Part shown: positions 25,193-35,961 of the stretch, piece by piece
How positions within the stretch are numbered: position 1 is the first letter of the stretch
How the letters are laid out: every line of letters begins with the position of its first letter
Assembly: GCA_963668315.1 (NCBI GenBank)
Contig: OY764216.1
Location: 3,168,001-3,232,000, forward strand
Length of the DNA: 64,000 nt
Origin: Spirochaetia bacterium
GTDB taxonomy: Bacteria; Spirochaetota; Spirochaetia; DSM-2461
Direction of reading: 5' to 3'
Notes under the pieces: model-generated
Database searches by the model: none
What the model saw: only the letters and a program-made list of their open reading frames with translations
Told to the model about the DNA's origin: nothing
Made by a program: the position numbers and the translations under genes

Positions 25193-27727
25193 ATGATGGA
25201 ATGGCTTCGGGACATGTCGCCCCTCTGGCTTCTGATCCCCGCGGGCATTATGATAATGCTCTTATTGCTGCTTATCAGAAGGCTTATGTTTGTGCGCCGT
25301 CTGAACAGAATTGAAAAGGGAGAGGTTTTTTCTGGAAACTTGTCCCGAAAGGAACTGGTACGCTATTACCATCTGGTAGAAAAGAAAATGGCCAATCCCG
25401 ACTCTCCCCTTTTCAAAAGAGAAGAGATCGGGAATCTATGGGTGGAGAAGCTGATTCAGACGGGAGGGGCCAAATGGTTTCGTCTCATTGCCGCCCATTT
25501 TCCCGGAGAATATCTTTATCCCTGTTTCCTTCAAAGCCTGAAGAAAAGGAAACTATTCAAGGTTTTTCAGGAAAATCTCGATCCCGATGATATTCTTACC
25601 ATGGAAAAACTGGGGATGAGCTGCGGCTCCCAGCCTTTCGACGGTAAAACGGCTTCCGAACTTCTGGACAGCCGAAAAAATATCCTGCGGAAAATGATAG
25701 GTTCAGAATCGGCGGATGTCCGCTTTTTCGCTTACAATATCCTTGTCCATTACGGTGATGACCTCTCTTTAAAAACGGTTATGAAGGGATTTGCCGACAG
25801 CTCGCGCCCGGTGAGGAAACTGCTTGTAGAAAAAACGCCCTTTGATAACCGTTCCGAAGCCTATGCCCTGCTGGAAAGTCTTCTTTTTACCGATCCCAGC
25901 CAGTCGGTGAGAAAAGCCGCCGCCCTGCGCATAAAGAAGGACTTCGGAGATTTAAAGAAGATAGACATAACAAAAATGTCCGTGGATCAGGCTCTCCATT
26001 ATCTGACCCTTATGGATCCCGAATCGGATAAGGACGAAATCAGTGCTCTCGAATTTCTGAAATCCGAAGATAAGTCCCTTGTCAGAGAATCGGCGCTATT
26101 TCTGCAGAAGCGCGGTGTTCTTCTCCGTTTTGCCGTAGAACTGCATCTGGGGGACAGGGATGATTTTGACAGGAAAGTGGAACTTTTAAAGCGGGCTGTC
26201 AAAGTGAATGTCACCGGTTTTTTCGATAACTATCCCTGGGAGAGCGATGCGGCCCTTCTGGCGGCGGCGGAACTTCTCAAGGGGAGGGGAGATCTGGATA
26301 TCCTCGAGAAAATGGCCTCCTCTGTCTTTTCCCGCGACCCCTATGGATCGGAATACTCTCTGGAAATATATGAAACTCTGGTCTATGCCGTTGACGGAAC
26401 GGCTTCCGATGAATGCCACAGGATGAAAGCCCTGGAACTGAAAAAATACCAGAATGACCATCGGATTATGAATATCCTGCTCGCCTCCATCCCCGGGGAA
26501 AGGGAGTTCTATTATCGGGACGATCTCTTTTACCTCTTGGAACACGGACAGGACTTCTGCCGGCGCCTTGTCAGGGAACGGTTGAAAGAATATGAACCGG
26601 CCCTGATTCTGACTCAGCTGAACGATAAGCTGCTCGATGAATCCAATTCCGTCCGTTTCCGTTCCGATGTGCTTATGATTCTGGCCGAATTCCATCTCGA
26701 TTACACCCTTCAGATGATCATGGAGCATCTTCCCCTTCTCGATGAGGATGAGCTTCTGGAGATATCATCGGCCCTGGAACTCTTTTCCCGGGAAAAACTC
26801 CACTCCCTGGCGGAAATCCTCTTTGAATCCTGCGACGGCGATATCCATCGCTCTCTCATCTATGCCCTTCCCCTGGCCGAAGCCCGGTTGTTTCTTGACC
26901 GTCTGCGGAAGCTGCTCGGAAGCAGGGACTGGGACATCCGCAACGCGGTGCTCGTCAAACTTCACGGGATGGGAGAGCTTACCCTATCGGGGGGACTCCC
27001 CATGCTTAACGATCCGGATGAACACGTCAGGATGACGGCCGTGTCTCTCTTGATGGATCTGGATGAAGAGGATGTCCGGGAAGTGATCGGCGAACTTCTC
27101 AGAAGTGAGAAAGAGTCGGCCTCGGTGAAAAAAGCCATTATCATGGGGCTGATTAAATCGGAGAATGACGGCTCCCTTGATCTGCTCTTTGATTATATGG
27201 CCCGCCTGGAAGAGGGGAGGCCGAAGATCATCGAGCTTCTTGCCCTGAGGCATGACCGTTTTCATGTAGAAGGTCTGGTGAGGAACTATCTGAAAGCCGA
27301 ACCGGCCTTCAGGGAAGAGCTGAAGCATCTCTTTGTTCATCTGGGGATTTCCATGGGTGAGTCGTTGGCGCTGATTCTCAGGGAGCAGTCCACCGAGGCA
27401 CGGAAAATGATTGAGGAGATCCTGGCTGAGGGCGGTTATATCGACCGTCTGGCCGCTTTGCTGAACAGCCCCGAAGTATCCCAGCGGATAGGGGCAGCCG
27501 AGGGACTTATCGCCATGGAGACGAAGGATGCGCTGAAAGCGGCCCTACTGGCGGCGGGCGATCCGGAGAAAGCCGTGAGAATTGCCCTGGTGAAGGCTCT
27601 GGAAAGGCTGAACACTCCGGGTACCAATGAAATGATGGCGGATCTTTGTGAAGATCCGGATAAAAAGGTGCGCCATTTTGCCCTTTGGGCCAGGGAACGC
27701 CTGGAAAGCCGCAACCGGAACTTCTGA
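25193..27727 (+). CDS. Membrane-anchored HEAT-repeat protein
   Basis: N-terminal TM helix; repeated D..x.VR..A motifs (DPSQSVRKAA, DPDEHVRMTA, DPEKAVRIA, DPDKKVRHFA). Confidence 0.85.
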   Translation: MMEWLRDMSPLWLLIPAGIMIMLLLLLIRRLMFVRRLNRIEKGEVFSGNLSRKELVRYYHLVEKKMANPDSPLFKREEIGNLWVEKLIQTGGAKWFRLIAAHFPGEYLYPCFLQSLKKRKLFKVFQENLDPDDILTMEKLGMSCGSQPFDGKTASELLDSRKNILRKMIGSESADVRFFAYNILVHYGDDLSLKTVMKGFADSSRPVRKLLVEKTPFDNRSEAYALLESLLFTDPSQSVRKAAALRIKKDFGDLKKIDITKMSVDQALHYLTLMDPESDKDEISALEFLKSEDKSLVRESALFLQKRGVLLRFAVELHLGDRDDFDRKVELLKRAVKVNVTGFFDNYPWESDAALLAAAELLKGRGDLDILEKMASSVFSRDPYGSEYSLEIYETLVYAVDGTASDECHRMKALELKKYQNDHRIMNILLASIPGEREFYYRDDLFYLLEHGQDFCRRLVRERLKEYEPALILTQLNDKLLDESNSVRFRSDVLMILAEFHLDYTLQMIMEHLPLLDEDELLEISSALELFSREKLHSLAEILFESCDGDIHRSLIYALPLAEARLFLDRLRKLLGSRDWDIRNAVLVKLHGMGELTLSGGLPMLNDPDEHVRMTAVSLLMDLDEEDVREVIGELLRSEKESASVKKAIIMGLIKSENDGSLDLLFDYMARLEEGRPKIIELLALRHDRFHVEGLVRNYLKAEPAFREELKHLFVHLGISMGESLALILREQSTEARKMIEEILAEGGYIDRLAALLNSPEVSQRIGAAEGLIAMETKDALKAALLAAGDPEKAVRIALVKALERLNTPGTNEMMADLCEDPDKKVRHFALWARERLESRNRNF

Positions 27728-27758
27728 TGTTTCCTGAGGGACTTTCATCCCTCCGCGG

Positions 27759-28541
27759 CTAATCGATACGCCTGATGCGGCAGTAATAGATGGGACCTGC
27801 CTTATCGTGATCGGGAAGGATATGATGTCCGTATCGGGTGTTTTCTCCCTTTTCAAAGAGGGGCGGTTCCACGGCGAAACGGCCTTTTCTTTTTTTGAGA
27901 AGCCTGTCTATGATCATATCGTTTTCCTCTTCGGCCAGAGCGCAGGTACTGTAGACGATCAGCCCTCCGGGTTTGACCGTTTCCAGGGCGGAGCAGAGAA
28001 GGGAAAACTGCCGGGGGGCCAGACTTTTAATCCGTCCGGGAGACCATTTTTTCAGGTGTTCCGGTGAATTGAGGACGTGACGTTCCGAGGAGCAGGGCGC
28101 ATCAAGAAGAATCTTGTCGTAGGAGGAGGGTTCGTATCTGTACCAGAGGGAACCGTCATAACCGGTATATTCGATATTTTCCCGCCATTCCGGTCTGAGA
28201 TGGTTCTCCATGACCTGTCTGAGCCTCCTCCGTCTGTCCGGGGAGAGGTCATTCACCGTCAGCCGGCCCGTCCCGCCAAGGGCGGAGGCCAGAATCAGGG
28301 ATTTACCCCCCGGGGCGGCGCACATATCCAGGACGGATTCGCCCTTTTCCACGGCCAGTTCTCTGGGGGGATAGAGGGAGGCTTCGTCGAGAAAATAGGG
28401 TTGGAGCAGATCCTCCTCAAGGGAATAATGGTCAATTTCCCCATAGAGTGAGGTTTTCAGGGCGGGCCATCTCTCCCCCCATCTTTTTGAATAATACTCT
28501 TCGAAGAGAACATCTCCGGTTTTTCTATCTTTTTTTGCCAT
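27759..28541 (-). CDS. RsmB/NOP2-family RNA m5C methyltransferase
   Basis: LDMCAAPGGKS, DKILLDAPCS, IVYSTC, EEND. Start is uncertain. Confidence 0.92.
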   Translation of the reverse strand: MAKKDRKTGDVLFEEYYSKRWGERWPALKTSLYGEIDHYSLEEDLLQPYFLDEASLYPPRELAVEKGESVLDMCAAPGGKSLILASALGGTGRLTVNDLSPDRRRRLRQVMENHLRPEWRENIEYTGYDGSLWYRYEPSSYDKILLDAPCSSERHVLNSPEHLKKWSPGRIKSLAPRQFSLLCSALETVKPGGLIVYSTCALAEEENDMIIDRLLKKRKGRFAVEPPLFEKGENTRYGHHILPDHDKAGPIYYCRIRRID

Positions 28542-28760
28542 TTTCACGACTATCATGCCATATTCAAAGGGATTTGATCCAGTGCCGTGATAAAAGAGGA
28601 GGGATAATCCTTTTGTTCCCGCCTGCCCCTCTCTTTCGAAAGGGGGAATTCCCGCGCTTTTTTTGTGCAACCCTTTACTTTGCCCCCCCATATGTACTAT
28701 TTTTTAAGGAATGGGGACAGACATTTACCCCCGAGATTTCCCACCAAAAAGGAGGCCATT

Positions 28761-30518
28761 ATGGCTGATCAGGAGATAAGGCAGAAAGCGGAGAGTTATC
28801 TGGACCAGGAGTGGAACAGCGTCTTCAAGGATGAGGTCCGCCAGCTTATAGATAATAATGACGATAAGGAGCTGCGCGAGCGGTTCTACCGGGAACTGGA
28901 TTTCGGAACGGGAGGACTCCGCGGCGAAATCGGCGGCGGATATAACCGTATGAATTCCTACACCGTGGCCAAAGCGACCCAGGGGCTGGCCAACTATATC
29001 AAGGCGAACGGGCCTGCGGACAAGCAGAGCGTCGTCATATCCTATGACAGCCGGAACTACTCCGATCTTTTCTCCCAGACCGCGGCGGAAGTACTGGCGG
29101 CCAACGGGATAAAAACCTACCTCTTCACATCGCTGAGACCCACGCCGGTTTTATCCTTTGCCGTACGCAAGCTGGGCACGTGCGCGGGAATCATGGTCAC
29201 CGCCAGCCATAATCCGGCCAAGTACAACGGCTATAAGGTTTTCTGGGAAGACGGAGCCCAGGTCACTCCTCCCCACGATAAGGGCATTATTACCGAAGTG
29301 GCGAAGGTCACCGATAATATCAGGAGAATCGACCTGGAAGCGGCCCTTGCCGCCGGATCTATCGTCATGGTCGATAAAGAGATCGATGACGCCTATAACG
29401 ACATGTGCAAGGCTCAGTGCCTCAGGCCCGAACTGGTCAGGGAGAAGGGGAAGAATCTGAAGATCGTTTATACGCCTCTTCACGGAGCCGGAACGGTACC
29501 TGTGGAACGGCTTCTTTCCGATGTGGGCATAGAAGTCTTTACCGTTCCCGAACAGCGGGAGCCGGACGGGGACTTTCCCACCGTGGCTTTTCCCAATCCC
29601 GAAATCACTCCCGCCATGGACCTCTCCCTCAAATACGCCCGTAAACAGGGCGCCGACCTTGTCATGGGGACAGATCCCGACGCGGACCGAATCGGTATTG
29701 CCGTACCCGACGGCGACGACTGGACTCTCATTACGGGTAACCAGCTGGGCGCTCTTTTGACGGACTATATTTTCCGGAGCCGCCAGGAACAGGGCCTGAT
29801 GCCCGACCGGCCGGCTTTCATCAACACCATCGTGACGACGAATCTCCAGTTCGATATCGCCCAGGCCTACGGAGCCGCCTGTTTCAAAGTACTGACGGGA
29901 TTCAAGTACATCGGCGAGAAGATAGGCGAGTGGGACAAAACCGAAGAGTATCAGTACATCTTCGGCGGAGAAGAGAGCTACGGCTTCCTCGTGGAAACGG
30001 ACGCCCGGGACAAGGATGCCGTCTCCGCCGCTCTTCTGACCGCAGAGATGGCTCTCTGGAATGTTAACCGGGGCTTTACCGTTCTGGATCACCTCAAGGA
30101 GATCTGGCAGACCTACGGCTACTATGAGGAGTTCCTCATTTCCCAGTATTTTGAAGGGGAAGCGGGAGCGGGTATTATGGCCGGACTGATGAAGACTCTC
30201 CGGGAGGACAAACCCCGTGAGTGGGGCGATCTCAAAGCCCGCTCTCTCATGGATTTCAAGGACGGGACGACCGTGGATCTGGAGACGGGAAAGAAGGAGA
30301 AGAATATCGATCTGCCCTCATCCAACGTTCTCCAGTTTGTCATGGAGGACGGAAGCCTCGTCACGGCCAGACCCTCGGGAACCGAACCGAAAATTAAATT
30401 CTACGGTTCCTGCTGTGTGAAACCCTGTGTTGATCTGGAAGAGGCGAAGAGAGTCACTTCGGCGCGCATTAAAAGCGTGGAAGCCCGGGTGGGAGAGCTG
30501 ATCAAATCGGTCCAGTAG
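28761..30518 (+). CDS. pgm: Phosphoglucomutase / phosphomannomutase
   Basis: [43 protein letters not shown]. Confidence 0.93.
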   Translation: MADQEIRQKAESYLDQEWNSVFKDEVRQLIDNNDDKELRERFYRELDFGTGGLRGEIGGGYNRMNSYTVAKATQGLANYIKANGPADKQSVVISYDSRNYSDLFSQTAAEVLAANGIKTYLFTSLRPTPVLSFAVRKLGTCAGIMVTASHNPAKYNGYKVFWEDGAQVTPPHDKGIITEVAKVTDNIRRIDLEAALAAGSIVMVDKEIDDAYNDMCKAQCLRPELVREKGKNLKIVYTPLHGAGTVPVERLLSDVGIEVFTVPEQREPDGDFPTVAFPNPEITPAMDLSLKYARKQGADLVMGTDPDADRIGIAVPDGDDWTLITGNQLGALLTDYIFRSRQEQGLMPDRPAFINTIVTTNLQFDIAQAYGAACFKVLTGFKYIGEKIGEWDKTEEYQYIFGGEESYGFLVETDARDKDAVSAALLTAEMALWNVNRGFTVLDHLKEIWQTYGYYEEFLISQYFEGEAGAGIMAGLMKTLREDKPREWGDLKARSLMDFKDGTTVDLETGKKEKNIDLPSSNVLQFVMEDGSLVTARPSGTEPKIKFYGSCCVKPCVDLEEAKRVTSARIKSVEARVGELIKSVQ

Positions 30519-30584
30519 ACTGACTGTGTAGACTGACAGGCCGCTTCCCCTGAGTGTTTCCGGACATCCCGGGGATGGGGCGGT

Positions 30585-33500
30585 TCAGTCTTCCACAGGC
30601 CCCAGCAGGTAGGAATGGTTTCTGCCGATCTCTTCAATGAGCCTTATCAGGGTAAGATCGGAGGGAAGGGATCCTTCACACCTCCCCCCGGGGGACATAT
30701 TCCCTTCGTAAACCAGACCTTCGGAACGGATGAACACCTTTGCTCCTTCTATGAAAAATCCTCCGTTCCGGCTGTCGTCGAAATCCTCCTTCCTTGAGAA
30801 AAGGGTGATTTTCTCCCTGTAGGGACGGCCGTCCCAGGGGCAGAAGGTAGCACAGTTGCCGCATTCGTTACAGTAGGCGTCCAGATGAATGATCTGCCGG
30901 CTGTTCTTCATGTCGGATAGTTCTATGGCTATGTTGGCCCTGTTGGGACAGACGTCAACGCACTTCTCGCATCTAATATCGCAGCTGAGGCAGCGTTCTC
31001 CTTCCCGCCGGGCGAAAATTTCGGCGTCATAGGGGATTTTCCTGTCCAAAGGTTCCAGAATAAGGCCCTTCTTCGGGGACATTCCCCTGTCTGTCGCGGC
31101 AGGGGGCAGAGAGGGTTCCCCGACGGGACTTTCTCCTTCCCTTCTGAGCAGTTCATTCACCGCCTTGCGGGCATCCGCCATGGCGCCTACGATGGTGGAG
31201 GGGCCAGTCCGTCCGTCGCCGATGATGAACACACCGGACCGTTCTGTTTCGTTATTCCCGTCAACCATAACGTGCCCTCTGCTGTCGGCGGGCAGTCCGG
31301 CTGCCGAGAGTTCTTCCCGGTCCACCCTTTCCCCGATGGAGGGAATGAGCGTATCGCAGGGGATCCTTTCCGTCACATCCGTGGGAACGGCCTGCCTGCG
31401 GCCCGATTCATCGGGTTCCCCCAATGCCATCACGCGGAGGGTCACCGTTCCGTCATCATTCAGACATTCCGGATTTCTCAGCCAGAGGAAAGAGATGTTT
31501 TCGGCCAGGCACTCCTCATACTCCTCCTCGGTGGCGGGCATCTGCCTTTCCGAACGGCGGTAGACGAGAGTGACACTTTCCACACCCTTCACCTTAAGGG
31601 CCGCCCGGGCCGAATCCATAGCCGTATCTCCCGCGCCGGCGACAACCACGTGACGACCCAGTTCAAGGGAATCCCTTTCCCTGTTGAAGCGATTGATGAA
31701 GGTAAAGGAGGGAAGAAGGCGTGAGCTGTCCCCCGTGATGGGAAAGGGACGTATCCTGTCGGCTCCCAGAGCGAGAAAAACATAGCTGAATCCCTGCTCC
31801 TTAAGGGATTCCAGGGAAAAATCCCAAGTATAATTCAGCCGGATATCCACCCCCAGACTTTCCACGAAGGCCACATCCTTTTCAATGGCTTCCCGGGGGA
31901 TGCGGAATTCGGGAATATTATGCTCCACCACGCCTCCGGCCTTATCGTTTTCATCGAAGACCGTAACGGGAAAACCCTTTCTTGCCAGAAATGAGGCCGC
32001 CGCCAGTCCGGCAGGTCCGGCTCCGATAACGGCTGATTTCGGTCCAGCCGGCGGCTTGCGGGAAGATAGGCCCTGCCTGTACAATTCAAATCCCTTTTCC
32101 AGGGCGATTTTCTTCATTTCCCGAATTTCCACCGGCCCTTCATAATCCCGCCGGGTGCAACGGTACTGGCACTGGTGGGCGCAGATATGGCCGGTGATGA
32201 AGGGCAGGGGGTTTTTCTCGTATATCAAAGAAGCCGCCTCGCCGTATTTTCCCGCCGCCGTCAGGGCTATATACTCCGGTATGTCCTGGCCGATGGGACA
32301 GGCAACCTGACAGGGGGCCAGAAAGCAGTCGTAAAGCGGAAGGGATCCGCCGGTCTTAACCGGGGTATATCCCCTCGTCCTTTTAGGGAGCCAGCGATTG
32401 TCATCTGAGAGGCTTCGCCGGGCCAGCTCTTCCAGGGCATTCACATCGATGGCCTCTCCGTCATAGGGCTCCAGGGTTTCCATGAAGCGGGCCAGTTCGG
32501 CCATTCTGCGGTATCCTCCGGGCTTGAGAAAATCCGTGGCCGCCGTTACCGGGGCAATGCCGGTTTTCAGCACCTCTTCCATGGTGAGGCGGTTCAGGCC
32601 GCCCGAAAAGGAGATGGGGATCGCACCGGAAAATTCCCGGCTGATCCGGGCGGCCACATTCAGGGACAGTGGATAGAGCAGCCGGCCGGACATATACATC
32701 TCATCCCCGGGAAGTATATCCAGTTCGTTAATTGTACCCAGTGTGTTTGTCAGTTTCACTCCGAAAAAGCGGTGATGTTCTTCCGCCAGAGATTTCAGCC
32801 GTCTGAGCATGGGAACCGCCTCGTCCCAGGAAAGGTCGCGGGCGAAGGCCTCCGGTGAGAGGCGAATGTATTCATAACCGGATTTCATGATGAGATCCCT
32901 GACAAAATCATAGCCCAGCAGGGTCGGATTCAGTTTGACAAAAGTATTGAGTTTCTTCTCGGTGAGCATATAGGAGACAATCTGCTCGATTTCGGCGGGG
33001 GGGCAGCCGTGCATGGTGGAGAGGGTCAGCTGGGAACAGATTTTCGGCGGGATGCGCTCTTCCAGCCCTTCGAGAGAGGAGAACTCCTCATGGCTCTCGA
33101 TGATCCGCTTCAGCTCACCCTTATACTTCAGGAAAAGAGGATGCATGGAAGCGTCTTTCAGAGACTCTATGAAATAATCGATTTTGGGACTTTTTATTCC
33201 TTCCAGGTCGTAACCGACGCTCATATTGAATATGAAGGGGGAGGAATATTCTTTTTTACGGAAAAAGAACGCTTCGAGAAGATGCAGGGTAAACCAGGCC
33301 TTCAGATATTCATCGTAAGCCTTGGGCACGGTAAATTCGCTGGACCACTCCGTATTGAAGCACTCGTCCCGGCAGTCAATGCAGGGTTTGGCAATATCCA
33401 GCGTATCAAGAATCTGCACGGTTTTAAGCTCTATGAAACGGGCGCCGCAAAGGTAGGCTGTTACGATATTCTGGGCCAGCTGAGTATGGGGGCCGGCGGC

Positions 33501-33671
33501 CGGTCCGAGAATGGTGACGCAGCTTTCTCCGAAAACCTTATAATGGCTCCCGCTGGTTTTACGGAAAAACTGTTCCTCCTCGACAGCGAAAATCGAATGA
33601 AAACTGCGGTATTCCGTAAAAATCCGGTGGATCAGTTCCGAAAAAGAAAGAGGCCTCATCAGGTCAGACAT
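30585..33671 (-). CDS. ygfK: YgfK-family Fe-S flavoprotein oxidoreductase
   Basis: GPAAGPHTQLAQNI, STMHGCPP, VKLNPTLLG, GAGPAGL, C-terminal CEKCVDVCPNRAN and CNECGNC. Confidence 0.93.
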   Translation of the reverse strand: MSDLMRPLSFSELIHRIFTEYRSFHSIFAVEEEQFFRKTSGSHYKVFGESCVTILGPAAGPHTQLAQNIVTAYLCGARFIELKTVQILDTLDIAKPCIDCRDECFNTEWSSEFTVPKAYDEYLKAWFTLHLLEAFFFRKKEYSSPFIFNMSVGYDLEGIKSPKIDYFIESLKDASMHPLFLKYKGELKRIIESHEEFSSLEGLEERIPPKICSQLTLSTMHGCPPAEIEQIVSYMLTEKKLNTFVKLNPTLLGYDFVRDLIMKSGYEYIRLSPEAFARDLSWDEAVPMLRRLKSLAEEHHRFFGVKLTNTLGTINELDILPGDEMYMSGRLLYPLSLNVAARISREFSGAIPISFSGGLNRLTMEEVLKTGIAPVTAATDFLKPGGYRRMAELARFMETLEPYDGEAIDVNALEELARRSLSDDNRWLPKRTRGYTPVKTGGSLPLYDCFLAPCQVACPIGQDIPEYIALTAAGKYGEAASLIYEKNPLPFITGHICAHQCQYRCTRRDYEGPVEIREMKKIALEKGFELYRQGLSSRKPPAGPKSAVIGAGPAGLAAASFLARKGFPVTVFDENDKAGGVVEHNIPEFRIPREAIEKDVAFVESLGVDIRLNYTWDFSLESLKEQGFSYVFLALGADRIRPFPITGDSSRLLPSFTFINRFNRERDSLELGRHVVVAGAGDTAMDSARAALKVKGVESVTLVYRRSERQMPATEEEYEECLAENISFLWLRNPECLNDDGTVTLRVMALGEPDESGRRQAVPTDVTERIPCDTLIPSIGERVDREELSAAGLPADSRGHVMVDGNNETERSGVFIIGDGRTGPSTIVGAMADARKAVNELLRREGESPVGEPSLPPAATDRGMSPKKGLILEPLDRKIPYDAEIFARREGERCLSCDIRCEKCVDVCPNRANIAIELSDMKNSRQIIHLDAYCNECGNCATFCPWDGRPYREKITLFSRKEDFDDSRNGGFFIEGAKVFIRSEGLVYEGNMSPGGRCEGSLPSDLTLIRLIEEIGRNHSYLLGPVED

Positions 33672-33740
33672 AATTCGTTCCCCCTGTTATCCTGTACCCT
33701 TTAATCATAGTATGGAATTGGACAAAATTGGGAAAATTAT

Positions 33741-33769
33741 TTTACAAAACGGATAAACAAGCGTAAGAT
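33741..33769 (+). promoter_or_regulatory. Putative sigma70 promoter of the ygeY operon
   Basis: TTTACA - 17 nt - TAAGAT in the AT-rich divergent spacer. Confidence 0.5.
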
Positions 33770-33802
33770 ATTGATGAGTTATCCGAAAAGGGGGAGGGAA
33801 TT

Positions 33803-34999
33803 ATGGAAGAGAAAATATGGGAAATGGCGCAGAAATACAGAGATTATACGGCGGATCTGCTTTCCCAGCTGGTCAGGATTCCTTCCTATAGCGGACAGGA
33901 GAAAAATGTTTGCGAAAGAATTACCGCCCTCTGCGAGGAAGCCGGTTTCGATGAGGTCCGGACGGACAAACTGGGCAATGTCATAGCACGTATCGGATCG
34001 GGGAAAAAAATCCTCGCCTTCGATGCCCATATCGATACGGTGGAAACGGGGGATAAGGGTGCCTGGGAGAAGGATCCCTTCTCGGGGGATGTGGACGATG
34101 TCTATGTCTGGGGGCGGGGGAGCTCCGATCAGAAAGGCGGAGCCGCTTCCATGATTACCGCCGGACGTATTTTAAAGGAACTGGGATACGATAGGAATTT
34201 CACCCTTCTCTTTACCTTTACCGTCATGGAAGAGGATTGCGACGGCCTTTGCTGGAAGTACCTTATTGAGGAAGAGAAGATTCTGCCCAGTTACGCCGTA
34301 TCCACCGAACCGACGAGCTGCCGTCTTTACCGGGGCCACAGAGGACGGATGGAGATGGAAGTGAAGATCAAGGGCGTTTCCAGTCACGGCTCCGCCCCGG
34401 AGCGGGGTGTCAGCGCTGCCTATAAAGCGTCCCGCGCAGCCCTGGCCCTGGAGAAACTGAATGAAAACCTCAAACCCGATGAGGGGAATTTTCTCGGTAA
34501 GGGAACCATTGTCGTTTCCCAGATGGCCGTATCCGGGCCCAGCCAGTGTGCCGTGCCCGATCAGGCCATGCTCTATCTCGACAGACGCCTGACCTGGGGG
34601 GAAGATGCCGATCTGGCTATTTCCCAGGTCAGGGAAGCCATCTTTGAGGCCCTGGGGGAATATCCCGAATCGGTCACCATGCCCCGCTACGAGGAGAGGG
34701 GGTACCGAAATCTGGACTATTTTCAGGAACTTTATTTCCCTACCTGGAAAATCGAAGAGTCCCATCCCCTTGTTCAGGGGGGGGTAAAAGCCTATGAGGC
34801 TCTGTTCCAGAAAAAGCCGGAGGTGGACAAATGGACCTTTTCCACCAATTGCGTAGCCATCTGCGGCCGCCACAAAATACCCTGCATAGGTTTCGGACCG
34901 GGCGACGAGAAGGAAGCCCATGCCCCCAATGAGAAGAACCGGGTAGACGATCTGGTCATCTGCTCCGCCTTTTATGCCTCCCTGGCCTTTTCCCTATAG
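33803..34999 (+). CDS. ygeY: YgeY-family M20 hydrolase
   Basis: DAHIDTV, GRGSSDQKGG, EEDCDG, GHRGR, HGSAP, AHAPNE. Confidence 0.93.
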   Translation: MEEKIWEMAQKYRDYTADLLSQLVRIPSYSGQEKNVCERITALCEEAGFDEVRTDKLGNVIARIGSGKKILAFDAHIDTVETGDKGAWEKDPFSGDVDDVYVWGRGSSDQKGGAASMITAGRILKELGYDRNFTLLFTFTVMEEDCDGLCWKYLIEEEKILPSYAVSTEPTSCRLYRGHRGRMEMEVKIKGVSSHGSAPERGVSAAYKASRAALALEKLNENLKPDEGNFLGKGTIVVSQMAVSGPSQCAVPDQAMLYLDRRLTWGEDADLAISQVREAIFEALGEYPESVTMPRYEERGYRNLDYFQELYFPTWKIEESHPLVQGGVKAYEALFQKKPEVDKWTFSTNCVAICGRHKIPCIGFGPGDEKEAHAPNEKNRVDDLVICSAFYASLAFSL

Positions 35000-35008
35000 G
35001 AAAATGTT

Positions 35009-35950
35009 ATGGGAAGGCGCATCGTTATTGCCATAGGGGGAAATTCCCTTATCAAGGACGGTCACCATCTGGCCGTGGAAGATCAGTATGAGGCCATTTG
35101 CCGGACGGCCCGTTCCATAGCCCGGATCTGCCGTGAAAATCAGGTCCTGGTAACCCATGGCAACGGTCCCCAGGTCGGGTTTATTCTGCGCCGGTCCGAT
35201 ATCGCCCACGAAAGAGACCATATGCACCGTGTCCCCCTGGTAAGCTGCGACGCCGATACACAGGGGGCTATCGGGTATCAGATTCAGCAGGCCCTGGACA
35301 ATGAATTCCGCACAGAAAATATTCAGAAAAAAGCGGTCACTCTGGTTACCCAGGTGCTGGTGGACCGGGATGATCCGGCCTTTTCCTCGCCGGCCAAGCC
35401 TATCGGCTCATTCTACACGAAGGAGCAGGCCGATATTCTCAGGGCGACAAACACGGACTGGATGATGAAGGAGGATGCCGGCAGGGGGTTCCGGCGGGTG
35501 GTCCCCTCACCCCTTCCCGTGGATATCGTGGAGTTTGACGCGATTAAAACCCTCTATGACCGGGGCTTCATCCTGGTGGCCGCCGGAGGCGGGGGTATCC
35601 CCGTTATCAAAGAAGGTGACCTTCTCCGTGGGGTAGATGCGGTTATCGATAAGGACAGGGCTTCCGCCCTTCTGGCACGTATGCTTGAATCGGATACTCT
35701 GGTAATATCCACCGCGGTGAGACAGGTATCCCTCAACTACGGAACGGAGGAAGAAAAGGCTCTGGGACGGATTGACCGGCTTACCATGAAGGGCTACCTT
35801 AAGGAGGGGCATTTCGCCGAAGGCAGCATGAAGCCGAAAGTCGAGGCCGCCCTGGATTTTCTGGATGGGGGAGGGCGGGAAGTCATCATAACCGATCCTG
35901 AACATCTTGAAGCGGCACTGGAAGACCGTGACGGAACGCGCATAAATTAG
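35009..35950 (+). CDS. arcC: Carbamate kinase
   Basis: AIGGN, THGNGPQVG, KPIG, RRVVPSP, AVIDKD, GSMKPK. Confidence 0.95.
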   Translation: MGRRIVIAIGGNSLIKDGHHLAVEDQYEAICRTARSIARICRENQVLVTHGNGPQVGFILRRSDIAHERDHMHRVPLVSCDADTQGAIGYQIQQALDNEFRTENIQKKAVTLVTQVLVDRDDPAFSSPAKPIGSFYTKEQADILRATNTDWMMKEDAGRGFRRVVPSPLPVDIVEFDAIKTLYDRGFILVAAGGGGIPVIKEGDLLRGVDAVIDKDRASALLARMLESDTLVISTAVRQVSLNYGTEEEKALGRIDRLTMKGYLKEGHFAEGSMKPKVEAALDFLDGGGREVIITDPEHLEAALEDRDGTRIN

Positions 35951-35961
35951 GAGGCAATGGC

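Noticed and set aside
28592..28665. Purine/pyrimidine-rich hairpins in the divergent spacer before pgm
   Set aside because: Short stems that depend on G-U pairs, with no resemblance to a riboswitch I recognise.
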